From Octopus vulgaris (Eukaryota), in contig OX597818.1 in the NCBI GenBank assembly GCA_951406725.2, positions 129,394,001 to 129,458,000 of the forward strand: DNA of 64,000 nt, read 5' to 3'. The notes beneath the pieces are model-generated. The model made no database searches. It had not been told where the DNA came from and worked only from the letters and a program-made list of their open reading frames with translations. Made by a program: the position numbers and the translations under genes. This document shows positions 13,936 to 28,193 of the stretch, piece by piece. Position 1 is the stretch's first letter, and every line of letters starts with the position of its first letter.

Positions 13936-15349
13936 ATGAGGGTCCTAAAATATTTGCCCAGGAAAGAACAAAACCCTCATAGTTAGTTCATATTTTTGTT
14001 GCTGTCCTTTGATGTCATTTATCATCATCATGATCATCATGAACCATCATTTGTCATCATCATCATCATCATTCAATGTCAATGCCGCCATGTGCCACTA
14101 CCATCTTTACCACCATGTATGTGCATGTTACCATGAATATTTGTATATGTGTATGTACTCATATGAATATGCATGTGTACGTATATATGTATGTGTGTGT
14201 TTATGAAGGTGTTTGAGTATGTGTGTGTGGCTGAATGGGGAGCATCTGACAGACACATTTTTAGGAAAATACTGTTGGATAGGAAAATGGCAAAGGATGG
14301 ACATGAAGAAAGGAAAGTGGAACTGTCTCAGGATCTAATCTGAAGAAAAGAACGGAAATAGAGAAGAAAGGAAGGAAGATTCAGAGAGAGAGAGAGAGAA
14401 GGAAGATTCAGAGAGAGAGAGAGAGAGAGATATATATGAGAGAGAGATTGAGAGAGAGAGAGAGAGAAGAAATATTAGGAAGGTACAAGAAGAAAAAAGG
14501 AGGAAGAAGTTTGGGCCTAGAAAAAGGGCAGATGGAAATGAAAGAAGAATGGTAGGAATGAAATGAAAGAGATAAGGGGGGATGGGGTGGAGAGAAAACA
14601 GATGGAAGTAAATAAAAGAAAAGAAGAAAGATGATAAATAAGGAAAGGAAGAAAGAAAATGAAGCAATATAATATATCTATCTATACATATATAGAAGTG
14701 TATGTGTATATATATTTGTAAATATATATATATATATGTTTATCTCTCTCTCTCTCTCTCTCTGTATATATATATATATATATCATATATATATATATTT
14801 TTGTATGCTGTCCTTTGATGTCATTTATCATCATCATGATCATCATAACCATCATTGTCATCATCATCATCATCATCGTCAATGTCAATGCCGCCATGGC
14901 CACTACCATCACCACCACTACCACCATCACCACCACTACCACCATCGCCACCACTACCACCATCATCATTACCATGCTCATCATTTTGTATTCTTTGTAT
15001 GTCTAATGTTGCTTTTTGTATATAATTCTTTCGATATTTGTCTTTATATACATTTGTTTTCTCCTTGTTTTTTTTCTCTGCACCTCTTCTTTCATTACTT
15101 CTTCCTTACATTTGCATGTATGCATCTCTCCCTTCGTCTCTCTCTCTCTCTCTCTCTCTCTCCATATATATATATATGTGTGTATGTGTATATATATATG
15201 TATGTGTGTAGATATACATATATATGTATGTGTATATATATATATGTGTATATATATATAGATATTAGTAATTCTATATATATTTATACATGTATATATA
15301 TATATACATATATACACACATATATATATATATGCACATATATTTATAC

Positions 15350-15388
<39 letters not shown>

Positions 15389-15569
15389 TATATTCATATA
15401 TCTTATAATATAAATTTATATATATATATATACACATGCATATATATACATATATATATATAGATATGTATATATAATATATCTATCTATACATATATAG
15501 ATGTGTATGTGTATATATATTTGTAAATATATATATATATATGTTTATCTCTCTCTCTCTCTCTCTCTC

Positions 15570-15613
<44 letters not shown>

Positions 15614-16586
15614 ATATGTATATATATGTTTGCGTGTATACACACAAACACACATTTCTATGTGTAAATACAAAAGAAAAAAGAATTGCTCAATCCATGT
15701 AATATCGTTTATTCCTTCCTTCAATTTCTTCATTCATCTCGCCCCCCCACCACCATCCGGCTGCCTCCCACCCTGGTCTCATCTTACATCATTCTACCAC
15801 CTTCACACCGTCTGTCCTTCCTATTATATCCTTCATCTTTCAATGTGGCCACTTTCATCTCCACAAGAAAACATTTCAAGTGACATGAAAGAAAAGCAAA
15901 TGGCAGGAAGACTTTTCTACAAATGTAACACGTTATTTTTTTTTCCCTCTCCTCTCCTCTCCTCTCTCTTCATTCAGAACCCCACCCCTCACCAAACACC
16001 CAATTCTTTATAATTCCCTAACTTTTACCACACTGCCATAATCCATTTTCTCACCCACCCCTCAGCTGCTCCATCAACCACTCACAGACATACATTCGTG
16101 TTCTAATCATTTGATTATCGCATAGAAAAGATGTGATTATGTCAAATAGATTAGATGCCCCCATAACTAAAGGTGAAGAGTACAGATACAGACATCTCTC
16201 CATCCCTCTCTCTCTCTCACACACACACATACACTCTCTCTTTTTCTCTTTCTTTGTATATGTGACAAATATGACAAATGGTGGATATTTTTTGCAAGGA
16301 TGCTTAAGTGTTTGGTTATATATATAAATATATATATATATACACATACATATAGATGTACATATAAATGTATGTGTGAATGCATACATATATCTATATA
16401 TATATATGTGTGTGTGTGTGAACAAATATACAGATATATATCTATCTATGTAATACATACATTCATACATATAGATACATATCTATGTATAATACATGCA
16501 TACACATACATACATACATACATACATACATACATACGTACATACATACATACATACATACATACATACATACATACATACATACA

Positions 16587-16620
<34 letters not shown>

Positions 16621-16666
16621 AGAAAGAGATGACAAAAGAGCAAATGATTATCTAATGAACTTCATT

Positions 16667-16747
16667 AGCTTACAGCTGTTTCTGCTATAGTATGCAGTGT
16701 ACTCATAGTTGGGTGCCTGAATATCATCTTATATCTTCATTAGAGCC
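16667..16747 (-). ncRNA. Degenerate type-I hammerhead motif (G5 to A)
   Basis: GGCU-CUAAUGA...CUAUAGCA-GAAAC-AGCU-GUA^AGCU. Stem I has 4 bp, stem III is palindromic, and the core is mutated. Confidence 0.45.
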
Positions 16748-16840
16748 TCAAATATAAAGTGCAATTAATTTTGAAATTAATTAGATTTATGCCTTTAAAG
16801 AGAACAGAATCAACAATGTTTATATATATGTATATATATA

Positions 16841-16979
16841 GGCGCAGGAGTGGCTGTGTGATAAGTAGCTTGTTTACCAACCACATGGTTCCGGGTTCAG
16901 TCCCACTTCTACTATAGCTTCGGGCTGACCAAAGCCTTGTGAGTGGATTTGGTAGACGGAAACTGAAAGAAGCCCGTCG

Positions 16980-17016
<37 letters not shown>

Positions 17017-17224
17017 ATGTTTGTGTGTCTGTGTTTGTCCCACTAGCATTGCTTGACAACTGATGCTGGTGTGTTTATGTCCCCGTTACTCTGCGGGTCG
17101 GCAAAAAGAGACCGATAGAAAAAGGACTGGGCTTACAAAGAATAAGTCCACGGGGTCAATTTGCTCGATTAAAGGTGGTGCTCCAGCATGGCCGCAGTCA
17201 AATGACTGAAACAAATAAAAGTAG
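16841..17224 (+). mobile_element. Family-A SINE with a short internal deletion
   Basis: GGCGCAGGAGTGGCTGTGTG head; lacks the CCTTGGGCAAG segment. Confidence 0.9.
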
Positions 17225-18456
17225 TACAATTGTTTCTTGTCTTGATCGACAATCTTCAGTTTCCTTGTTTGTTTTGCAAAATAGTGGTTTTGTCTCTAAA
17301 TGAATATTTTATATATATATATATATATATGTACGTATGGGTAGATGTTTTCAAGAAACAACATGACCTCCTGCTATCCAAGGTCCCAAATGAACCTCCA
17401 TCAAGGCAAGAAACTTAAAAGTGGGCAGCAATGTCGAACTCTGTCTTTCACCAAAAGCCAATCAAATAAGGTTGGCCATTGAAAAGATGATTTCACCGGT
17501 GGTGCTCCAGCATGGCTACATCCTAACAGCTGAAATTTATAAAGGAATAAAAAAAGAATAGAAGGGTGCATCATTTAGTATACATGGGATTTGAATTTGA
17601 ATTACTATTAGTTCCATGCCGTGGAAACATGAGGGTTAGACAAGCTTGCATAGTGTGCTATGTATTTCTAGGCAACCTTTTTCAGACTCAAATAAACAAC
17701 ACAGCTGGAGTTTGAAAGATTTGGAGTTTGAAAGATATTGGAGTCTGAAAGATTTCTTGGAAACACAGCAGGCTGTGCAAGCTTGTCTGTTCATTGTGTT
17801 TAATAATAATTTGAAATTAAATTGTGTGTATACTAAATGATATTTATCTTTCACTCAATATATACAACATATATATTTTATGTGTGTGTGTATGTGTGTG
17901 TGTGTGTGCATATGAAACTAGCACTAAGTAAATTGTATTATAAAATATGTATGTTTATACAGTTCATAGATATCTTAAATTCTTTGTAAAGTTGGGAAAT
18001 ACACACCACAGAGTTTTTGTATGAACAGTGTGGCATTATTCAGCATGTATCCACTTGCTTTCTTTTTTCATGAAAGATGTCATAAAGTCATAAAGTATTC
18101 CAAAATAGTAATAAAAAAACATATAACTATTAATATTTGGGAGGAAAATTTGAGGAAAATTTGAGGAAAAATTTGAGGAAAATTTAGATAATTGTTATTC
18201 TGGTAATAATAAAGGATCTTATGATAAAACAAGGATATTCTTCTCTTTTTCCTTCCACTAAGAGGAAACAAGGACTTTCCTACTTAAAAACTAGAAGAAA
18301 TACATGTGATTCTCTACCTCGAAGTAGAAAGATTCTCCCTTCCTCTCTCTCTCTTACGGCCATACTAGCAAGTTCAATAAGTAACAAACATATTATTTTA
18401 ATGCTTTTCTATAAACAATGTTTTCAGTTAATTTGTTGGATGTTTGTAATTTTATA

Positions 18457-18669
18457 GATTCACTTCAACATTTAAATTTTGTCAGTGAACAGGTTGCGGT
18501 TTCAAAGGGTCAAAAATATTTTGAGAAATTAAATTTAAATGTTGAAGTGAATCTAATTGTTTTTTTGTGTGTTTTGAATGACTTATAAACACCTTCCATG
18601 CTGCAATTGTTTTTGTTTCAGCATACGATCTCAGATCAGGTCACTTGCTATGCAAGTACATCTCTGTAA
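18457..18669 (+). mobile_element. Older copy of the fold-back element at 43465-43794
   Basis: GATTCACTTCAACATTTAAATTT is inverted against AAATTTAAATGTTGAAGTGAATC. Same 3' end ...GCTATGCAAGTACATCTCTGTAA. Confidence 0.75.
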
Positions 18670-19399
18670 TTTTATATTCTACTTGTTTCAGTCATTAGAC
18701 TATGGCCATATTTGGGACACTGCCTTGCTCTATAACTTTGGCTGCTGCTGTACACTGGATAGCTTCCCAAATATTGTATGCTATTCTGAATGCCAGTTTT
18801 AGATTGGATTTTCGTAGAGCTTATAGAGTAACACTTATGTCACATATGTTACAGATAGACCAGTTACATTCAATAGTTATCTCTTGTAAAATATCACAGC
18901 CATTGAATCAAGTTTAATATGGCTTTTTATGGTAGAATTTGATCAGCCTGATCAAGGATAAAATAGTTTGGGCTGTGCAAAACCTTGAGTAAGACTAGTG
19001 TGAGCTGGGTTTGGCTGCTGGGAACTGTTCTAGTCTAATCTTGCTTGGTGTGCATTCATTTGCTGACAGTGATGACAGGTCATTTTATTTATCCTTTAGT
19101 TATGAATGAAGGGTAGAACCCACAACCTTTTGTGAGCCTTTGAGATTAGAGAGGGAGAAACGAGGGTGTCTGAGCTTATATTCAGTTTATGGTGGGGTTT
19201 TTTTTTGATATTTTGATGTTACATAAAAGGTTGACTCGTCCCTTTCATCATGAAAAAAATTTACATTTTTCCACTATATCTTACTTGTTGGTATTTTTCT
19301 TTATCTAATTTGTTTGAAGAGCTTCAACCTGGACAGCAAATATCAATCCTTCAATTTCTTTCTGGTATCACTATTATTATTATTAGTAGTAGTAGTTGT

Positions 19400-19435
<36 letters not shown>

Positions 19436-19439
19436 GCTG

Positions 19440-19640
19440 TCTTACTCTTTTATTTGTTTCAGTCATTTGACTGTGGTCATGCTGGAGCAACACCTTTGGT
19501 TGAACAAATCGATCTCAGAACTTATTCCTAATTCTATCGGTCTCTTTTGCCAAACCACTAAGTTTTGGAGACGTAGATATACCAACATTGGTTGTCAAGC
19601 GGCTATGGGGAGGACAAAAACATAGACACAAACATACAGA
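19440..19640 (-). mobile_element. Family-A SINE 3' half
   Basis: TTGTTTCAGTCATTTGACTGTGGTCATGCTGGAGCA... Confidence 0.8.
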
Positions 19641-20013
19641 TAGTAGTAGTAGTAGTACCCGTAATCTGTGTTGCTGTTGTTATGTTGCATAGCATAAGTT
19701 TAATTGAAGGATGATTTAGAAGGAGAAAGGGAAACAAAAGTAAAGCGGGGACTTGAGAGCTAGGTGGAGCAAAATCTGTTTAACATTAATGTGACTTATT
19801 TAAAACTGTTAAAAAAAATCCCACAAAAAACAAAAAAACAACAAAAACAAATGAAAACAACTACAACAACAACAACTAAAGGGAACAAATGGAACTAAAC
19901 AAATATATTAATAATTAGCTATATGAATATATAAATAAATAAATAATTGAAGTCAAGACAAAATTTTTGAAACTAAATTTGAAAATGAAATAATAATTCA
20001 CTTTAACAATAAT

Positions 20014-20046
<33 letters not shown>

Positions 20047-20724
20047 CAATGAAAAATAGAAAGACAGAAAGAAAGAAAGAAAGAAAGAAAGGAGTAAAGT
20101 GGACAGACAGATTACATTACAATGCAAGAACTAAAGTCTACTAAAGTGTTGAGAATATAAAGAGAGAAAAAGGGAAAAAAACTATGTGTCTTAAAAAGGA
20201 AATGAATTTATACCTTTAAAATTTAAACAAGGAATAAAGGTGGGAGTAGGATTAAGAAACAGGTAACGACAAGCAACAACAACAAGAACAACAACAGCAA
20301 CAACCACTACAAAGAAAATGATAATGATGATATTAATAATGATAAATAGTGATAATGATAATAATAGAAAATATTGAAATAATTGCTATTCAATGATATA
20401 ATGGATGAAATTGTTGTTACAGTTAAAGTTGGGAAGAAATGTGACAAGAAGCTTTTGGAAATTGTCTGTTGTTGAGAAGTAAAGAGATAATAATGGCCAA
20501 TATATATATATATATATTTTTTGGTGTTCAGCTTCTTTTTTTATTTTATTTTATTATGTGTAAGTATGTGTGTGAGTGTGAGTGTGAGTATGTGGGTGTT
20601 TGTGTATGTGTCTGTATGGGTGTGTTTGTGTAAGAGCATGTCTTTAACTTATGTTCTGAAATTGGAAAAAAATAAAAAAAAAGTGTTGTTGTTGTTGGTT
20701 GTAGATGGGTAATGAAAGGAAAGG

Positions 20725-20954
20725 AGAAGAAGAAGAAGAAGAAGAAGAAGAAGAAGAAGAAGACAAATAAGAAGATGAATAAGAATAAGATGAATAAGAA
20801 GAAGAGGAAGAAGAAATAGAAGAATAATAATAAGAAGAAGAGGAAGAAGAAATAGAAGAATAATAATAAGAAGAAGAGGAAGAAGAAGAAGAGGAAGAAG
20901 AAATAGAAGAATAATAATAAGAAGAAGAGGAAGAAGAAATAGAAGAATAATAAT

Positions 20955-20988
<34 letters not shown>

Positions 20989-21420
20989 CAAATAAGAAGA
21001 CGAATAAGAATAAGATGAATAAGAAGAAGATGAAGACGAAGAAGAGGAAGATGAAGAAGAAGAAGAAGAAGAAGAAGATGAAGACAAATAAGAAGACGAA
21101 TAAGAATAAGATGATGAAGAAGAAGAAGAAGAAGAAGAAGAAGAAGAAGAAGGATGATGAAAAGAAAGAAGAAGAAGGATGATGAAAAGAAAGGAGAAAA
21201 GAAAGAAATAAAGGAAAAAGTAAGAAAAAAGAATGATGACAAAGATGAAGAACAGACAAGAAGGCAGAAAGAAAAAGAGGAGGAAGAAGAAAGAATAAGA
21301 CAAAATGAGGTAGAGGAGGAAGAAAAAGAAGAAAATGAAGAAGAAGAAAATGGAGGAGGAAAGAAGGGATGAGGAGGAGAGGAAAAGAAAAAGAAAAATG
21401 GAAAAAAGAAATCTAAGAAA
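20725..21420. repeat. (GAA)n-rich purine tract with higher-order subrepeats
   Basis: Directly visible; recurrent AATAGAAGAATAATAATAAGAAGAAGAGG. Confidence 0.9.
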
Positions 21421-22518
21421 AACGGAATGAGTTCAACAGAAAATGAACCTGAGTTATGATGTAAATAGCTTAGAATTAAAAAGGAGAATGCGAATAACAT
21501 TATTGTTGAAGATTTGCTATCAACAAAGAAACAAGGGATAAAGGAAAGTGAAAGTAGATAGACAGAAAAAGAAGAAAAAAGATAAAAACAGAAAACTACA
21601 TAATCGCAAAAATATATAAATGAATAAATAAAAGATAAATAAAATCTGAATGAGAATCGGAAACAAAGTAAATAAACAAAAAGTTGAACAGACAACAATC
21701 AGAGGAAGAAGATTAGCGAGATAAAAATGTAAAAAAATATAAAAGAACAGCAAGCAATAAGAGAAGTAAGAGAAGAAAAAGAAGAATAGAAGGGGAAAGA
21801 GGAGAATGAGAAGAAACAAAGAAAATGAAGATGACAAAGAAGATGAAGAACTAAAAGGAAAAGGATGTAAAGTACAACAAGAACAACGGAACAACATATA
21901 TATAAAATGATAAAGGAACACCAACAGAACAACAAAAACAATAACAAGCCGTTGAACACATGTCGAGGACTCTGCAAGGGAATTCCAGGTAAACTAATGT
22001 TTTTTATTGCTTTTGTCTTGTTTTGTTTGTTTAAAGGTTTATTTGCAATGTTTTGGAAGGGAAGTGAATAATATTCTTTTGAGTGAAGACAAAATAGGAA
22101 CAAAAAAAAAAAAAAAAGTAAGTTGTCAGCATTGGCTTTTCTTTGGAGATCAGGTTTATGGATTCTTACTAGGAGAATCTAATGAAAGACAGTAATAGTG
22201 AAAGAACAACAATAAAAAAAAAACCTATGCTAAATACACACACAAAAAAAGAAATAATACTCCAACAAATAACAAAGGTGAAAATGATGCATTGAGTGTT
22301 TTCAAAGTAAACACGTTTCTCTGGTTTGTGCAGAGAAGTTTGGGTCACTCACTAGGTCTTAAGTTCATTGTCTTTTTTCGGAACCATGCAGTTTATTGTC
22401 ACAGCTATATATGATGGTTAATTTAATCATTGTCTTCCTTCTATTTCATCAAATCGAATACCTTATTGTTTAACAATCAGCCAGATTTAAAGCAGTCATT
22501 GACACATGCATGCATGCA

Positions 22519-22549
<31 letters not shown>

Positions 22550-22558
22550 GTTCTTGCA

Positions 22559-22589
<31 letters not shown>

Positions 22590-22769
22590 GTTCTTGCATA
22601 CATACATACATACATACATACATACATACATGCATGCATACATACATACATACATACATACATGCATGCATGCGTACATACATACATACATACATATACA
22701 CACATGCATGTATACATATATACATACACACATACATGCATGCATACATACATACATACATATTTTTCA

Positions 22770-23172
22770 TCTGTTACTTGTTTCAGTCATTAGACCATGG
22801 CCATGCTGGGGCACCACCTTGAAGAATTTGTAGGTGAATGAACTGACCCCAATACTTAATTTTTTTTATTTTTGCAGAGCTTGGTACTTATTCTGTTGGC
22901 CTCTTTTGTTGACATGCTAAGTTACGGGGATGTAAACCTACCAACTCTGGTTTGTCAAGCAGTGGTGAAGGACAAACACAGACACAAAGACATGCATGCA
23001 TGCACATACACACACACATACATGACTGTCTACAAATTCACTCACAAGGCTTTGGTCAACTTGAATCTATATTAGAATCTCACTTGCCTAAGGTGCAACA
23101 CAACGGAACTGAACCTGGAGACATGTGATTAGGAAGCAAGCTTCCTACCACACAGCCAGACTTGTACCTGTG
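22770..23172 (-). mobile_element. Family-A SINE
   Basis: Tail and head motifs present, diverged. Confidence 0.8.
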
Positions 23173-23199
23173 TGTCTAAATATATATATATATATATAT

Positions 23200-23248
<49 letters not shown>

Positions 23249-23388
23249 CATATATATGCCCACATGTGTGTAGGTATATATATACACACACAAGTATATA
23301 TGTTTGTGTGTAAATTTATCTCTGAACATCCGTCCGTCCATCCATCCATTCATCTATCTATCTGATGTTTTGCAAACAGTGAAACATC

Positions 23389-23455
<67 letters not shown>

Positions 23456-23561
23456 TATATCATTACGAATTTGGGGTTTTACCAATAGAACCACAACTCC
23501 TATTTCAGGATAACCTTATTGTATGGAATACACAGAAAGAATTACATACAGAATACACAAT

Positions 23562-23640
23562 GCTACATGTGTTTCTGCACTGGTGGAGTGTTTATCAAGG
23601 CTATACCTAATACATAAAATCCACCAGTGCTTCCTCAGGC
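23562..23640 (-). ncRNA. Type-I hammerhead motif, long stem II
   Basis: GC-CUGAGGA-AGCACUGGUGGA...UCCACCAGUGCA-GAAAC-ACAU-GUA^GC. Confidence 0.6.
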
Positions 23641-24017
23641 TATTTATCTTATTGTTATTATTATTAACGGATCAAAGTTAAAAATACATATAAGTCATAT
23701 TAAATAGAAAAACAAGAATATGAATAAAAATAAAATAAAAATATACAAATTACAAATACATTTAAAAAAAATTAAAAACTTAAAAAAATTTTTAAATGAA
23801 ACACCTAAAATTATATTACCGATATATATATATTAGCGATATATATCGGTAATGTAATTAAAAAAATTTTTTAAAGTTTTTAATTTTTAAAAAACATATT
23901 TGTAATTTATATATTTTTATTATATTTTTATTCATATTCTTATTTTTCTATTTAATATGACTTATAATGTGCATTTTTAACTTTGATCCGTTAATTATAA
24001 TAACAATAATATAAATA

Positions 24018-24095
24018 GCCTGAGGACGCACTGGTGGATTTATGTATTAAGTATAGCCTTCATAAATACCCCACCAGCACAGAAACACATGTAGC
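24018..24095 (+). ncRNA. Type-I hammerhead motif (mirror copy)
   Basis: CUGAGGA at 24020-24026, CUGGUGG/CCACCAG stem, GAAAC at 24082-24086, GUA at 24091-24093. Confidence 0.5.
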
Positions 24096-24539
24096 ATTGA
24101 TTAAAGATATCTTCTTTCCCCACAGACTAATAACTGGTAAGTTATATATATTTTTTCAAATAATTTTATTGTATTTTACAGTAGGTTTTTTAAATGCTTA
24201 TATTATTTTTTTGGACATAACTTTCTATGTGTATTCCATACAATAAAGTTATCTTGAAATAGGAGCTGCAGTTCTATAGGTAAAACCCCGAATTTGTAAT
24301 AATATTGTAAATAATACTGTTTTCATTGTATTACTAAAGTGTAAAATAGTAAATGACCTGATAACCTGGAATACTTATAATTCTCTAAGATTTAATATAT
24401 ATATAAGTTCATTGTTCTTTTCCTAACATTTTGTGTCTGTGTGTGTTGTTGGTTTTGTGCAAGTATTTTGTATTTCATGTCATGAGTTCAATCATGTTGT
24501 CTGATCATGTCTGTTGTGTACCCCATGATTGTGCTTAAG

Positions 24540-25017
24540 AAGACCTGGCAAGCCAAATGAGACCATAACCTCGTGGCCTATGCCAGGGGTGTAACCAGCC
24601 CACATGTGCGTACCTTTCCTTCATTGGACACTAAACTCTGCTTGTGAAGACCTGTTGAGGCAAGTGAAATCGAAATCAAATTCGATAATTGGCATCTGTG
24701 CTAATGGAGTGCTAAGAGCACCATCCAAGCGTGATCGTTGCCAAAGTGGCTAACTGGCTTCCGTGCCAGTGGCACGTAAAAAGCGCCATTAAAGCATGAT
24801 TGTTACCAGCATCACCTTACTGGCACTTGTGCTGGTGACACATGAAAAAACATTCGAGCAAGGTCGTTGCCAGTGCCGCTGGACTGACTCCTGTGCAGGT
24901 GGCATGTAAAAAACACCATTTGAGTGTGGCCATTACCAGTACTGCCTGACTGGCCCTCATGCTGGTGCATGTAAAAGCACTCACTACACTCTCGGAGTGG
25001 TTGGTGTTAGGAAGGGC
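24540..25017 (+). mobile_element. Family-C element (diverged subfamily) with four ~65-bp units
   Basis: GAAGACCTGTTGAGGCAAGTGAAATC leader and ACTACACTCTCGGAGTGGTTGGTGTTAGGAAGGGC end are shared with the 10-11 kb copy. Confidence 0.75.
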
Positions 25018-25474
25018 TGTTGGTGCTGTTGTAATGCTGTTGCAGGCAATAAATGCTGTTGATATGGACATTGTAAGCTTTCACAGCAAGCCAGCCATGG
25101 TGCCCTTCTTGCATTTGGCCAATAGCTTGTTCTCATGGCACTGCTGACAATCAGGTCATACCCAATGCATCCAACTTACAAATGCTAGGAACACCGTTCA
25201 AGTTGATTTTTATGCCCATAACCTCTGCAAGATGCATGCACAGTATGGTTTCCATGACAATTGTTTGTGACTACCACGCATGACATTCAACACAGCTGCA
25301 TTTTGGCATCTTGTTTCATGGAAAGTTGAAGGGTTACCTGCATTTGGGTGTCAGCCATAAACCAGCATGTCTTGGAATATTTACACTTACATCCCTGAAG
25401 GTAAATTTTCAGAATTCACCATATAAAAATGACATTTGAAAAAATTGCATTTCTTTTGTGGCTCAGTGTACATC

Positions 25475-25671
25475 TTTAGACTGCGACCATACTGGGCCCT
25501 TGAAGAATTTTTAATTGAATGAATTGACCCAGGACTTATTTTTTTTAAAACCTGGGACTTATCCAGTCAGTCTCTTTTGCTGACTCGATAAGTTATGGGG
25601 GACATAAACACACCAATATTAGTTGTCAAGCAGTGGTGGGAACAAACATAGATAGAAAAACACATGTGCAT

Positions 25672-25753
<82 letters not shown>

Positions 25754-25930
25754 ACACACACAAACACAGTGGGCTTCTTTTAATTTCTGTCTCCCAAATC
25801 CACTCACAAGTCTTTGGTTGGCTTGAGGCTGTAGTAGAAGACACTAATCCAATGTGGCATGCAGTGGGACTGAAACCGGAACCATGAAGTTGGGAAGCAG
25901 GCTTCTAACCACACAGCCACACCTGTTCCT
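25475..25930 (-). mobile_element. Family-A SINE with expanded central (CA)n
   Basis: Shared head and tail motifs. Confidence 0.8.
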
Positions 25931-26806
25931 GTTTCAAAGAATATACACAAACCCACACACATACATGGGAGTTTGTACTTGCATGTGTATGTGTATGTAT
26001 ATGTGTGTGTGTGTGTGTGTGTATTATTATCATACCCTATATTTTATGGAATATGATAAGAAAATATATATTGTTCATACAACAAGTAAAATATTTATTT
26101 TGCAAATTGGAAATGGCACACAGATGTTATCCCTAACCCAACCAAATACAGGATATAATTATTTGGAAATTATATACAATTTTGCTTCTTAGAAGAGAAA
26201 GCTGTCCCCAATAACTGAAGTCCAATCAAGAATGGATAAGGTGGGAAGCAGGAAAGTATTGACAATCGATATTATGCGTTGCATGTGGAGTTAAGTGCTT
26301 CAGGGCTAGAGCTAGGCTCCCAGCAGCTGTGTGGCCATTGTATGGGGCAACTTGTAACATGTATGTATGCCTGTGTGGCAAGAGGTTTGTGTCCCAGTCA
26401 ATGAGTTCCATGCTCATTCCCACTGTGTGGAACTAGAACACCAGGACTAAATTCTTCTCAGTGGATTTGTTAGATGGAAATCAAAATGAAGCTAGTTTAT
26501 AAATATATATGCATAATAATTATTTGAGGGAATATTAATCCTAACTTACAGGGAAAAAATTCAATTTAGAAATACTAAATCAAATTTCACACAATATAAT
26601 ATATATATATAAAAATTAGAAAAAAACACCTTTTATCAATTCAAAATGATCAATTAAATTACACCATCTAGAAAATTACATATAATAGAAATATTAAAAT
26701 TAAAATAACACTAAAATATCAATGACAAAGTAAATTGCAAAAATATAATGAAAACGTATTTAATTGGTAGAATAACGACATGTTTCATGGCTATATTTAA
26801 GAATTG

Positions 26807-26862
<56 letters not shown>

Positions 26863-26899
26863 CATACATACATACATATATACACACATATATATATAA

Positions 26900-27226
26900 A
26901 TATAAATAAGTAACAAAGATGTACAGGCATCAATTCATTATGGCCATTTCAATTGGCCCTATTTAACTGATTAATGAAAACACTACATCAATCTGAAAGA
27001 AACCATTGTTGTCAGATGACTGCATACATTTCAAACATAAAATAAACCATTTTTTAACAAATTTACATCAATAGTGGAAGCCAAAATATTTACATTGATT
27101 CCTTTTGTTATATCTGTGGCAGAATCTTTCAAACTGATGTAATGTTTTCATAAATCAATTAAATGGAGCCACTTGAAACAGCTGTAATGGATTGACGCCC
27201 ATACAGCTTTGTTACTTATTTATATT
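26900..27226. repeat. Degenerate inverted repeat (~100-bp arms)
   Basis: AATATAAATAAGTAACAAAG...TGAAAGA is inverted against TCTTTCA...CTTTGTTACTTATTTATATT. The right arm has eroded CUGAUG(U)...GAAAC-AGCU-GUA. Confidence 0.6.
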
Positions 27227-27510
27227 CTGTTCACCTAACTTAGAATCTGCACTTTGGAAAGTACCTTTATAGAAAGTACACTTGTGAATTACCAAGAGCA
27301 AATATCTTCAGCTTTTTAAGCACTACAAATGTTTCGATACATACAGATCCTCGTATATACAGGATTTAAAGTTGAGTTTAAATTAAATTATGTAACGATT
27401 TACCTGTAAAAGAAGATCTATCTATATCTCCTCTTTCCATAAGTAAATCTAGATTTCCATGCTACAACATCCATGACTTCATCTTTGAAATTAACAAATG
27501 CTGATGGTCT

Positions 27511-27544
<34 letters not shown>

Positions 27545-27545
<1 letters not shown>

Positions 27546-27900
27546 TTTTATCTTTTACTTGTTTCAGTCATCAGACTGTGGCCATGCAGGGGCAATGCCT
27601 TGAAGAATTTTTTGTCAAAAGCATAGACCCCAGTACTTTTTTATAAACCTGGAACTTTTCTACTGGTCACTATTGCTGAACTACCAGGTTATTGGAATGC
27701 AAACACAACAATAATGGTTGTCAAGTAGTGGTGGATGAGAAACACAGACACAAACACATATATATTGCGTTTCTTTCAGTCTCCATCTATCAAATCCACT
27801 CACAAGGCTTTGGTTGGTCCAAGTCTATAGCAGACAACACTTTCCCATGGTACCACATGGTGGGACTGAACTCAGAACCAAGTGGTACTTTGGGTAAGCA
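27545..27900 (-). mobile_element. Family-A SINE
   Basis: Shared motifs. Confidence 0.8.
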
Positions 27901-28160
27901 TCTTTTAATATGATCTTTGGTCGACCAAAACCTCATGAATGGATTGTGATAAACAGAAACTGAAAGAAGCCTATCATAGATATATATAAATATACATACA
28001 TATACATATGTGTATGCGCATGTACGTGTGTGTGAGTGTATGTGTGTGTGTGTTTATTTTTAATCAGCAGATGCTACAAAGTCACTCAAGAGCGATTTTT
28101 GTATGATACTTTGAAAGTACCTTGCATGAAACTCTCGGCCCTCAAGATTAAAAATAATAC

Positions 28161-28193
<33 letters not shown>

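Larger units (their letters stand above)
23461..24300. mobile_element. ~840-bp imperfect inverted repeat, probably Penelope-like pLTR derived
   Basis: 23461-23828 is the reverse complement of ~23839-24300; the right arm has ~120 bp extra. Each arm carries a hammerhead motif, and the structure abuts (TA)n. Confidence 0.75.

Noticed and set aside
18870-18913. miR-2/miR-13-like sequence TATCACAGCCATTGAATCAAGT
   Set aside because: Only the 5' part resembles the family, and the upstream arm does not pair with the seed end, so there is no proper precursor hairpin.
24640-24672. CTGTTGAGGCAAGTGAAATC as a hammerhead, or the family-C leader as an HDV-like ribozyme
   Set aside because: A6 is missing and there is no stem II. 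I could not assemble the P1/P1.1/P2/P3 pairings for an HDV fold.
25020-25420. Possible decayed LINE ORF
   Set aside because: I could not recover a recognisable RT motif from the frames I translated by eye.
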